Shown: piece by piece, positions 38,379-46,031 of the stretch
Position numbering within the stretch: position 1 is the stretch's first letter
Layout of the letters: every line of letters begins with the position of its first letter
Assembly: GCA_003105185.1 (NCBI GenBank)
Contig: PQAJ01000138.1
Location: forward strand, 1-53,948
DNA length: 53,948 nucleotides
Direction: 5' to 3'
DNA from: Holophagae bacterium
GTDB lineage: Bacteria > Acidobacteriota > Thermoanaerobaculia > Thermoanaerobaculales > Sulfomarinibacteraceae
The notes under the pieces: generated by a model
Databases searched by the model: none
Told to the model about the DNA's origin: nothing
What the model saw: only the letters and a program-made list of their open reading frames with translations
Translations under genes and position numbers: made by a program

Positions 38379-39149
38379 TCAGGACCGGCCGGCGGGCTGG
38401 ACCTCACCGCCGATGCCGACCACGGCCACCCGCAGCGGAACGGTCCGCGCCGCCTGCGCCAGTGCGGCGTTGGCGAGCTGCACCAGGCCCCGGCAGCAGG
38501 GCACCTCCATGACCATGACCTCGATCCCGCAAATCCGGCCGTGATCGATCATCGCCGCGAGCTTGGCCAGGTAGGCCTCCTGCTGGCTGTCGAGCTTGGG
38601 GCAAGCGATGGCCAGGGCCCGGCCATCGAGGTGGGCCTGGTGGAAGCCGCCGACCGCGTAGGCCACGCAGTCGGCGGCGAGCAGCAGCTCTGCGCCCTCG
38701 AGGAAAGGTGCGGTCGGCGGCAGCAGGTGGAGCTGGATCGGCCACTGCCGCAGCCGCGATGTGAGGTCACCCGCAGCCACTGGCCCGCCGGCTGGCGGGC
38801 GCAGGGCGACCACGCGGGATCCTGGGCAGGACGCCGCCGAGTGTTCGCCCACCACTGGCAGGCCGGCGCCGGCGGTGGGACGCAGGTTGGATCGCAGCCC
38901 GGCCAGATGGTGGCCGACGGCCGCGCTGTCGAAGTCCTCGGCCTCGCGCCGCACCACGGTGATCGCGCCCTTCGGGCAGTGTCCGAGGCAGGCGCCGAGG
39001 CCGTCGCAGTAGACCTCGCTGACCAGCCTGGCTCTGCCATCGACGATCTGGATTGCCCCTTCGGCACAGCTCGGGACGCAGTCGCCGCACCCGTCGCACA
39101 GCTTCTCGTCAATCTCCACAACCTCGCGCACGGCCATCGGATCACGCAC
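38379..39149 (-). CDS. 4Fe-4S dicluster domain protein with Cys-rich C-terminal domain
   Basis: CDGCGDCVPSC and CDGLGACLGHCP ferredoxin-type motifs. C-terminal region with ACPKLD and EVPCCRGL. Confidence 0.75.
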   Translation of the reverse strand: MRDPMAVREVVEIDEKLCDGCGDCVPSCAEGAIQIVDGRARLVSEVYCDGLGACLGHCPKGAITVVRREAEDFDSAAVGHHLAGLRSNLRPTAGAGLPVVGEHSAASCPGSRVVALRPPAGGPVAAGDLTSRLRQWPIQLHLLPPTAPFLEGAELLLAADCVAYAVGGFHQAHLDGRALAIACPKLDSQQEAYLAKLAAMIDHGRICGIEVMVMEVPCCRGLVQLANAALAQAARTVPLRVAVVGIGGEVQPAGRS

Positions 39150-39492
39150 CCTGGCCGCGCAGCATGGTCAGGATCATCTTCGAATCCGCGGCGGCGCGCA
39201 GTGCGTGTGGCACCCCGGCCGGCATCAAGACGATCTCCCCGGCGTTGACCGTCACCGGCTTGCCGCCGATGGCGAGCTCGAGCTGCCCGGACGCGACGTG
39301 CACCAGCGCGTCAAACGGCGCGGTGTGCTCCGCGAGCTCCTGCCCGGCGGCGAACGCGAACACGGTCACGCTGCCGCCCGGACTGCGGGCGAGCACCCTG
39401 CTCACGATCGCCGCCGGCGCGACCTTCACCAGTTGGTCTACCACGGCCACCTCGGCCGGAGCCATTACCGTGCTTCCCGATGCGTCCTTCAT
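39142..39492 (-). CDS. cupin domain protein
   Basis: ORF trimmed to ATG 39492. GQELAEHTAPFDALVHVASGQLELAIGGKPVTVNAGEIVLMPAGVPHAL is the two-motif cupin pattern. Confidence 0.7.
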   Translation of the reverse strand: MKDASGSTVMAPAEVAVVDQLVKVAPAAIVSRVLARSPGGSVTVFAFAAGQELAEHTAPFDALVHVASGQLELAIGGKPVTVNAGEIVLMPAGVPHALRAAADSKMILTMLRGQGA

Positions 39493-39547
39493 GGTCACCC
39501 CCGATGTGCAGTGTGCCGCGCCCGCCAGCCCTCGTCCTTGATCCAGG

Positions 39548-40822
39548 TCAAGCCGGCGGCCGGAGGCGAGGGAACACCGGCTGGTTGGCGATGACCGCGA
39601 CCATGTCACCGGCACGCGTCCGCCGCCAGCCGTGCACGATCGACGCCGGATCGCTCACCGGGTGGAAGCCGAGCCGCCGCGCCAGCGCGTCGTCGAGCCG
39701 CGACACCAGGTGCACCCGGTACCGTGCCGTCAGGCTCACCAGCCGCAGCGTCGTGTGACCGTACTGGACCCACCGCTCGGCCAGGCGCTGCATGATCGCC
39801 GACGGCCGAGGGTCGTCGAGGAACGGCTGCATGTCCGGTGACCCGGCGCCCGATGACAGGTCGGCCGCGAACAGCACCTCCCCTCCCTCATCGAGGAACC
39901 GGCACGCCGCGTCAAGGCCCTTGTGCGCCTGGATCAAGGTGGCGTCCGCCGGCGCCCCACCGGCCGACGCCACGGCCAACGGGAAGCGCCCAGCGGCGAT
40001 CTCGTACCAGTGACGCGCCCTTTCCACGGCTGCCGCAAAGGCAGTCCGCCACGGACCGGCGGCGGCGAAGGCCGGGCGCCCGTCACGGCCCGGGACCAGG
40101 CAGAGAGCACAGTCGGGCGGCCGGCAGTCCGCGGCCCGCGCGATCTCCTCGGCGACCGGGTTGCCGTCCAACACCCCAGGTTGGCACCCGGGTTCGCGCT
40201 CGAGCTCGCCGCCATGCCGGCGCAGCACGCGGGCGTGGTTGGCCTGAATCTCGCGGTAGCCCGCCACCCCGGGGAACACCATCTTCGGACCGCCGCCGAA
40301 GCCGGCGAAGTAGTGGTGCCGAACCCCGCCGACGGTGACCAGCAGCGACGCCTCGGCGGCCAGGCGGTGCAGGCGAACCGCGCTGCCATCGGTAAGGCTG
40401 CCGACCCGGACCAACGCAGCCTCGTCGCGCGCGTCGTGCTGCATGATCCGGATGCCGCTCGGGACCGGTCCGACGAGCGATGCCAGGGAACCATCAGAAA
40501 GCGGCGGGTGGGTGCCGCACGCCACCAACACGCTGACCCGGCGGTCCGGCACCCCGGCACGAGCCAGTTGCTCGAGCACGACTGGGAGCACCGCCGCGAG
40601 CTCGATTTTGCGGGTCGCGTCCGGGACCACCACGGTGGCGTCAGTTCGGCCGTGCGCCAGCTCTGCCAGAGGCCCGCCGTCGAGCGGTCGATCCAGCGCC
40701 TGTCGGATCAGCCGGGGCAAGTCCGCTGCGCCGGCGGGCGCAGCGGGTTCGAGCGGCCGGACCTTGAGCCCGCGCAGGTCGACCGCGAGGGTGTCGGTGG
40801 CGAAGGGAAGCTTGACGATCAC
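39548..40822 (-). CDS. LarA-like (lactate racemase family, DUF2088) protein
   Basis: ORF 39548..41398 trimmed to GTG 40822 (VIVKLPF...). VVPDATR, LVACGTHPP and HHYFAGFGGGPK resemble the nickel-pincer racemase/epimerase family. 424 aa. Confidence 0.7.
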   Translation of the reverse strand: MIVKLPFATDTLAVDLRGLKVRPLEPAAPAGAADLPRLIRQALDRPLDGGPLAELAHGRTDATVVVPDATRKIELAAVLPVVLEQLARAGVPDRRVSVLVACGTHPPLSDGSLASLVGPVPSGIRIMQHDARDEAALVRVGSLTDGSAVRLHRLAAEASLLVTVGGVRHHYFAGFGGGPKMVFPGVAGYREIQANHARVLRRHGGELEREPGCQPGVLDGNPVAEEIARAADCRPPDCALCLVPGRDGRPAFAAAGPWRTAFAAAVERARHWYEIAAGRFPLAVASAGGAPADATLIQAHKGLDAACRFLDEGGEVLFAADLSSGAGSPDMQPFLDDPRPSAIMQRLAERWVQYGHTTLRLVSLTARYRVHLVSRLDDALARRLGFHPVSDPASIVHGWRRTRAGDMVAVIANQPVFPRLRPPA

Positions 40823-40861
40823 CGACTCAAGATACCATCGTGCAGGCGGGAGATCACCGCG

Positions 40862-41416
40862 ATGCACGAGCCGCTTCCCCAGGCCGACCGCACGCTCCTG
40901 CTGGAGCTCGCGCGGGACACCCTCAAGGCGACCTTTGCCGGCCGTCCGCTGCCGCTTCCCGACCCGCTCGACGATGCGCTCACGCAGCGTCGCGGCGCCT
41001 TCGTCACCCTGACCATCAAGGGCGCGCTGCGCGGCTGCATCGGCCACGTCGAGGCGGTCGAGCCGCTGTGGCGGAGCGTGCGCGACAACACCCTCGCCGC
41101 GGCCTTCCGGGACCCGCGATTCCCGCCGCTCGAGGAGGGAGAGCTCGAGCAGGTGGTCATCGAGATCTCCGTGCTGACGCCGATGCAAAGGGTCACCAGC
41201 CCGGACGGGGTGGTCGTCGGGACGCACGGCCTGCTCATCGAGCGGGGCCAACGCCGCGGGCTCCTGCTCCCACAGGTCGCCAGCGAGCGCGGCTGGGACC
41301 GCTTCACATTCCTCGATCAGACCTGCCGCAAGGCTGGTCTCGACCCGGGTTGCTGGCATTCCGACGAGACCAGGATCTTCGTGTTCTGCGCCGATCACTT
41401 CCGCGAACCGGGCTGA
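40862..41416 (+). CDS. AMMECR1 domain protein
   Basis: ORF 39923..41416 trimmed to ATG 40862. GAFVTLTIKGALRGCIGHVE and GLLLPQVA are AMMECR1 hallmarks. 184 aa. Confidence 0.9.
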   Translation: MHEPLPQADRTLLLELARDTLKATFAGRPLPLPDPLDDALTQRRGAFVTLTIKGALRGCIGHVEAVEPLWRSVRDNTLAAAFRDPRFPPLEEGELEQVVIEISVLTPMQRVTSPDGVVVGTHGLLIERGQRRGLLLPQVASERGWDRFTFLDQTCRKAGLDPGCWHSDETRIFVFCADHFREPG

Positions 41417-41440
41417 CCGCCAGCACGGCGATCGGCGCGG

Positions 41441-43408
41441 TCAGGCTTCTGCCGCTCCGTCCGTCGGGTCCCCCGCGGCCGACACGCCGAGCACCGCGCG
41501 CTCGTACTCCGGCAGCGACGTGAAGGTCCGGAACGGGCGGCCCCGCGCCCCGTCCGGGTCCGGCAGCATCGCCGCGCCGGACAGCTCGATGATCCTGCCC
41601 AGGAATGCCCGGAAGGCCTCCGCCGCGTCCGGCCCGGGGGCGAGGGCGCGCGGATCGAAGTCGGTGCTCAGCAGGCGAACTACGCGCAGGTCGCGGCGGT
41701 CGCTCCACGGCGCGTCGAGCATGAGGTCGACGACAACCATCGGCCGCTTCTCGGACCGGGCCACGCCACCGACCGCGATCACCTCGATCCGCGGCAAGCT
41801 CAGCCGCCGGGTCGCCCCCTCCACTTCGATGACGAGGTTGTCCTGCTCGAGCGCCTGCGGCACCGCTGCGACGACCTGGAGTCGGTGGGCAATCGCGGGC
41901 GGCTCCGGCCCTCCCACCAGGGACCCGGTGGGGCCAGCGGCCGCCGCGGCGGCGATCGCCGCGAGCTCGGGGCGGACGTGGGCCGGGAGGTCGGACCGCG
42001 ACAGCGCTTCGCGCGCGAACGAGGCGGCTGCCGGCGCGCCCGCTTGGGCCGCCGTCCGCGCCAGCCGAACCAGAGGGCCGATCGGCGTCCCGGGCCCGGC
42101 CGCTCGCAGGGCGTGCGCGAGGGTCGCTTCCACGGCATCTCGGCGTCCGCTGCGGAGCAGGATCTCGACCACCCGCGCGGCCAGCGAGGGTTCGACTTGG
42201 AGGGCCGGAACCGCGAGCGCCAGCTCCTCCCAGTGCTGCAGGACGAGAGTTTCGTCATCGGCTCGCAGCCCGGCCTGGATGATCCGTTGGAGGTCGCCGG
42301 CGGCCAGCTCCGGACGACCGCTGTCCACGGCCGCGTTCCACAGCGCGAGCACGGCATCGGTGTTGCCTGGGTCGTCACGGACGACGGCGGCCAGCAGCTG
42401 CAGCGAGTGCTCGAGCTTGCCCTGCGCCCTTGCCTCCAGCGCCCGGTCGACCGCCGGGTTTTCGTGGACCGTGATCTTGGCCTCGATAGCGCGGTGGATG
42501 AAGCGCTCCTCGACCCGCCAATAGGCAATGCCGGCGGCCACCGCGAGCCCGAATGCGAAGCCCCAGACGTGGGCCCAGTGCGCCACCCCGCCGCCGCCGG
42601 TGCCAGGGGACGCCACGTCCCAGGCCTGCGCGAACACCAGCTCGCGCGCGAACCACAGCGGCAGCATGAGCCAGGCGGGCGCGGTGAAGGTGCCGGGACG
42701 GAGCGGGATGAAGAAGTACAGGAACCTGATCCTGGTCTTCCAGTAGCGAACCAAGAAGGCGCCCATGACGCCGGCCACGGCCCCGGACGCGCCGATCAAC
42801 GGCTCGTCGAGCTCGGGGTAGCGCAGGGCGAACATCAGGGCCGACAGCGCGCCGGCGGTCAGATAGAAGGCGGCGAACACCGGCCGTCCCCAGACGTCCT
42901 CGATGAAGGGGCCGGCCAGGAACAGGAAGAACAGATTGCCGAACAGGTGCAGGAAGCCCCCGTGCAGGAACTGGTAGGTGATGAGCGCGGACGGCTTGAT
43001 GGCGGCAGGCACCACCCCGAAGCGCCGGAAGGGGGAGTCGCGGATCGCCGCCAGCGACGCGAGCGCCCGCTCGACGATGCGGTCGAGCTCCTCCTGCTCC
43101 GCGGCCACCTGGCGTGGGTTCTTGGGCGGCGCCGCACCGAGGTCCCGTGTCGCCTCGAGGAAGGCCTGAAACTCCTGGTGGGGAACGTAGCGGTCGAGGG
43201 CGCGGGCGAACTCGGGTTCGATCTCGAGGTACGGATGGGTGCTGTAGTACTGGAAGAAGTCGGTGAAGTCCTTGTTGACTTGCGAGCCGTCCCGGCGGGT
43301 CGCGAGCGAGGTCAGCGCGAAGGCCGCCACGCAGGCCGCCATCAGCACGAACGTCACCCAAGGCAGCCGCCGCACGGTGGTGTGCTCGTGGCCGTATGGG
43401 ATGATCAC
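41441..43408 (-). CDS. rhomboid-family intramembrane serine protease with about 350-aa C-terminal extension
   Basis: Rhomboid core FLHGGFLHLFGNLFFL and GASGAVAGVMGAFL, followed by TPR-like helices and an unrecognised C-terminal domain. GTG start. Confidence 0.85.
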   Translation of the reverse strand: MIIPYGHEHTTVRRLPWVTFVLMAACVAAFALTSLATRRDGSQVNKDFTDFFQYYSTHPYLEIEPEFARALDRYVPHQEFQAFLEATRDLGAAPPKNPRQVAAEQEELDRIVERALASLAAIRDSPFRRFGVVPAAIKPSALITYQFLHGGFLHLFGNLFFLFLAGPFIEDVWGRPVFAAFYLTAGALSALMFALRYPELDEPLIGASGAVAGVMGAFLVRYWKTRIRFLYFFIPLRPGTFTAPAWLMLPLWFARELVFAQAWDVASPGTGGGGVAHWAHVWGFAFGLAVAAGIAYWRVEERFIHRAIEAKITVHENPAVDRALEARAQGKLEHSLQLLAAVVRDDPGNTDAVLALWNAAVDSGRPELAAGDLQRIIQAGLRADDETLVLQHWEELALAVPALQVEPSLAARVVEILLRSGRRDAVEATLAHALRAAGPGTPIGPLVRLARTAAQAGAPAAASFAREALSRSDLPAHVRPELAAIAAAAAAGPTGSLVGGPEPPAIAHRLQVVAAVPQALEQDNLVIEVEGATRRLSLPRIEVIAVGGVARSEKRPMVVVDLMLDAPWSDRRDLRVVRLLSTDFDPRALAPGPDAAEAFRAFLGRIIELSGAAMLPDPDGARGRPFRTFTSLPEYERAVLGVSAAGDPTDGAAEA

Positions 43409-43531
43409 GAGAATCGTTCCCGCCCAACAACTGGTTCCCGCCCGCCCGCTGGCTGATATACCGCCTGCTGACCCCTGGGCTGGTGCTCGGTCGACGCTCT
43501 CAGCCGGCTCACGGCCGCGGTGCCAGCCGGG

Positions 43532-44467
43532 CTATGGCTCGACCCTGGTCCCCTGCTCATCGAGGAACCACAGCCGACAGGCGAGCCTGACGCCGCAGCG
43601 CTCGGCCACGCGATCCCGCATCATCCGGTACAGCTCGGCGACGTCGCGCGCCGAGCAGGCCGCCGTGGTCACGATGGCATTCGACGACCAGTCGGCGACC
43701 CGAGCCCCGCCGAATCGCAGCACTTCACAGCCCGCGCGCGCGAGCAGGGTGGCGGCGGAACCGCCACGCGGATCTTGGAAGACGACCGGAGCCACCCGCC
43801 CGCGCAGCGGTCCGACCGGCCGCCGGGCCGCCCCCACTCGCAGCCCGCGGAGTGGCTGGGAGGGCTGCCCCGGCCGCAGCCGCACCCTGGTGATGACCGC
43901 CCGCCCCTCCCCCAAACCTGCCGCCCAGGCCGTGTCGCTGTCGTTGGGGGCGACCCGGGTGGGTCCTGCCCCGGGCCGTGCAACCTCGATCCAGTCGGCA
44001 AGACCGATGACGGTCGACGGCTCGCCGAGCGCCGCGGCCCGCAGATCGCCGCCGGCGCTGCCCGGCTCCCCGATCAGGCGGTCCAGCTCGGGTGGCCCGG
44101 ATCGTGCCAGCGAGCCACCGACCTGTGCCAACTTGGCACCCGCGCCGACGATCACGCCGCCGTCCCCCTCCGCCGTGCAGCGTTGCAGCTCGCCTGCGAG
44201 GTGCAGCAGCGGGACCCGAAGCCCGCGGTCGGGGGCCACGATCCTGCTGCCGGCGCCGAGCACCAGCCAGCGCAGGCCGTGGCTGGCGAGCAGGTCGATG
44301 GCGCGCTGCCCGGCCGATGCCGTGCTGCAGCGGATCAGGAGGTCGCCGAGCCCGCCGATGGCGAGCGTCGTCCACGCGCCGAGGTCGACGCGCTCGTGCA
44401 CCTCGAGGTCGCCGCCGAGGCGGAACTCCCGGAGCAGAGTTTTGAGGGTTGAGGGCAGGTCACCCAC
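43532..44467 (-). CDS. murB: UDP-N-acetylenolpyruvoylglucosamine reductase-like protein (divergent MurB)
   Basis: FAD-binding-type N-terminus (WTTLAIGGLGDLLI...VLGAGSRIV) and a MurB-like C-terminal domain. Start trimmed to GTG 44467 because the upstream 39 codons cover an intergenic-looking region. The catalytic-Ser region is divergent. Confidence 0.6.
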   Translation of the reverse strand: MGDLPSTLKTLLREFRLGGDLEVHERVDLGAWTTLAIGGLGDLLIRCSTASAGQRAIDLLASHGLRWLVLGAGSRIVAPDRGLRVPLLHLAGELQRCTAEGDGGVIVGAGAKLAQVGGSLARSGPPELDRLIGEPGSAGGDLRAAALGEPSTVIGLADWIEVARPGAGPTRVAPNDSDTAWAAGLGEGRAVITRVRLRPGQPSQPLRGLRVGAARRPVGPLRGRVAPVVFQDPRGGSAATLLARAGCEVLRFGGARVADWSSNAIVTTAACSARDVAELYRMMRDRVAERCGVRLACRLWFLDEQGTRVEP

Positions 44468-44493
44468 GCTGCAACGCTCCCGGCCCAGTGACC

Positions 44494-44508
44494 TGGCACG
44501 GTGCTTGC
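44494..44508 (+). promoter_or_regulatory. sigma-54 promoter, TGGCAC-N5-TTGC (full consensus match)
   Basis: The plus strand reads cTGGCACGgtgcTTGCt at 44494..44508, in the gap between the murB-like start and the stop of the sigma-54 activator gene. Confidence 0.6.
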
Positions 44509-44519
44509 TTAACTCCGCA

Positions 44520-44601
44520 CCAGCCAGTCGACGCAACGAACTGGTACACGCATCATACCTCCTCCTTCCTCCTGCGGACCTCACGGTCCGCTCCTTTTTT
44601 T
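44520..44601 (+). ncRNA. candidate sigma-54-dependent small RNA (about 80 nt) with C/U-rich anti-SD tract
   Basis: The predicted TSS is about 12 nt after the -12 GC. A 5' stem-loop (CCAGT 44524..44528 / ACTGG 44540..44544) is followed by the unpaired tract ACCTCCTCCTTCCTCCT (44557..44573) and an intrinsic terminator. No plus-strand ORF starts downstream of the predicted TSS. Confidence 0.5.
44574..44601 (+). terminator. intrinsic terminator (GCGGACC-tcac-GGTCCGC + TCC T7)
   Basis: A 7-bp GC-rich stem, 4-nt loop and a run of 7 T on the plus strand only. It abuts the TGA of the convergent activator gene. Confidence 0.6.
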
Positions 44602-45974
44602 CAGGGGTTGCGGCTCCCGAGGCCGAGGCTGCGAAGGTGGTAGAGGAGGGTCTGCCGGGAGATCCCGAGCTCGCGCGCCGCCGCGCTCCGGTTGCCGCCG
44701 TGACGGTGGAGGGCCCGGTGAAGCAGCCGCCGCCGGAAGTCGGCTGTGGCCTGGCCCCAGCCCTGCGGCGCGGTGCTCCCGCCTTCCCCGAACGGCAGCA
44801 TCGCTCGGGTCACGACGCCGCCCCTCGCCTCGACCATCCCCAGCTCCACCGCGTGCCGCAGCTCCCGGATGTTGCCCGGCCAGTGGTAGCGAAGGAGCGC
44901 GTTCTCGGCCGCCTCGCTCCAGCGGCACGGCGGCAGCCCGATCCGGAGCGACGCCTCCTTCTCGAAGAGGTGGCGAAGCAGCGGCAGGTCCTCGATCCGC
45001 TCCCGCAGCGGCGGCACCCGCACCACCGCCGGCGCCAGGCGGTAGTAGAGGTCGGCACGAAACGACCCGTCGTCGATCCCCGTCAAGAGGTCGCGGTGAG
45101 TCGCCGATACGACCCGCGCATCGACGGTGTGGAACACGGTCGACCCCACCGGCCGCACCTCGCCGGACTCCAGGACCCGCAGCAGCTTGGCCTGCATGGC
45201 GAGGTCGAGGTCGCCGATCTCGTCCAGGAACAGCGTCCCCCGATGGGCGGCCGTGACCAGCCCCTGCCGCGCCCGATCCGCGCCGGTATAGGCCCCGCGC
45301 ACCGAACCGAAGAGCTCGGCCTCGATCAGCTCCTTTGGAATCGCCGCCACGTTGACCGGCACGAAGGCCCCGGTCCTTCCCGAGAGCCGGTGAACGGCCT
45401 GCGCCGCCACCTCTTTGCCGACTCCAGTTTCGCCGAGGATCAGCACGGCGATGTCGGTTGGCGCGATTCGCCGCAACTCCGCCCGCAGGCGCGTCGCTGA
45501 CGCCGAGCGGCCGTGGATGCCGGTGTCGTCGTCCTCGGCGCCGGCCCCGGTCTCCCCGGCGACAGCCGCCATGGCGAGCAGGCCGAGGAGCGTCCTCCAG
45601 ATCGGGCCCTCGCGCGGCGGCCCACCCATAGGCGTGACCCGCAGGGCGCCGCTCGTGACCTCGCCGTGGGCGGCACCGCCGCCACAGCGCCAGACGACCC
45701 TCCCGCTGCCCCGACAGTGGACCTCGATCCCGCTCAGACCGAGCGAGCGCAGGAGCCGGCTCGACTGCGCCTCGCTCAGCGCCCAGGGATCGCCCTCGCA
45801 CGAAAGCACTGCCAGCGCGTCGAGCGCCCCCTCATCGAGCGGGTGCGAGCCCGCGCCGCCGATGGGCAATGGCCTCGCGACCTCCGCGACCCGGGCAGCG
45901 GGATCGCTCAGCCCGCCGGCGACGTCAGCGCCCGCCATACCTCCCAAAAGGAGGGGAAGGACGTGGTGACGCAA
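44601..45974 (-). CDS. sigma-54-dependent transcriptional activator (bEBP) with non-receiver N-terminal domain
   Basis: AAA+ core GETGVGKEVAAQAVH, GAYTGA variant of the GAFTGA loop (ELFGSVRGAYTGA), WPGNIRELRH, and C-terminal HTH AARELGISRQTLLYHL. The N-terminal 150 aa or so are not recognisable as a response-regulator receiver. Confidence 0.9.
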   Translation of the reverse strand: MRHHVLPLLLGGMAGADVAGGLSDPAARVAEVARPLPIGGAGSHPLDEGALDALAVLSCEGDPWALSEAQSSRLLRSLGLSGIEVHCRGSGRVVWRCGGGAAHGEVTSGALRVTPMGGPPREGPIWRTLLGLLAMAAVAGETGAGAEDDDTGIHGRSASATRLRAELRRIAPTDIAVLILGETGVGKEVAAQAVHRLSGRTGAFVPVNVAAIPKELIEAELFGSVRGAYTGADRARQGLVTAAHRGTLFLDEIGDLDLAMQAKLLRVLESGEVRPVGSTVFHTVDARVVSATHRDLLTGIDDGSFRADLYYRLAPAVVRVPPLRERIEDLPLLRHLFEKEASLRIGLPPCRWSEAAENALLRYHWPGNIRELRHAVELGMVEARGGVVTRAMLPFGEGGSTAPQGWGQATADFRRRLLHRALHRHGGNRSAAARELGISRQTLLYHLRSLGLGSRNP

Positions 45975-46031
45975 CCCGGATCATCGAGCTCGGGGGGCCG
46001 GCGCTCAGCCCGGAGATGGGTTCGGGCGGGC

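Noticed and set aside
36813-39248. Very long ORFs antisense to or out of frame with recognised genes: 36813..39248 (+, 811 aa), 20321..22393 (+), 5735..7411 (+), 43263..45500 (+), 46790..48775 (-), 1112..2257 (-), 20610..22325 (-).
   Set aside because: They are Arg/Pro/Gly/Ala-rich translations typical of non-coding frames in 70% GC DNA. They overlap genes with clear family motifs on the other strand or frame, and no motif is recognisable in them.
39548-41398. The 616-aa minus-strand ORF spanning both the LarA-like gene and the AMMECR1 locus.
   Set aside because: Only the part downstream of GTG 40822 resembles LarA. The upstream 190 codons or so are the antisense of a well-supported plus-strand AMMECR1 gene (40862..41416). 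It was split accordingly.
44529-44576. Minus-strand 15-codon mini-ORF MMRVPVRCVDWLVRS preceded by AGGAGGAAGGAGGAGG, and the ORF-track murB start at 44584.
   Set aside because: Kept only as the alternative explanation for the sRNA locus. The murB-like homology begins near GTG 44467. The extended N-terminus runs through a terminator hairpin, and the purine tract is the complement of the proposed sRNA seed.
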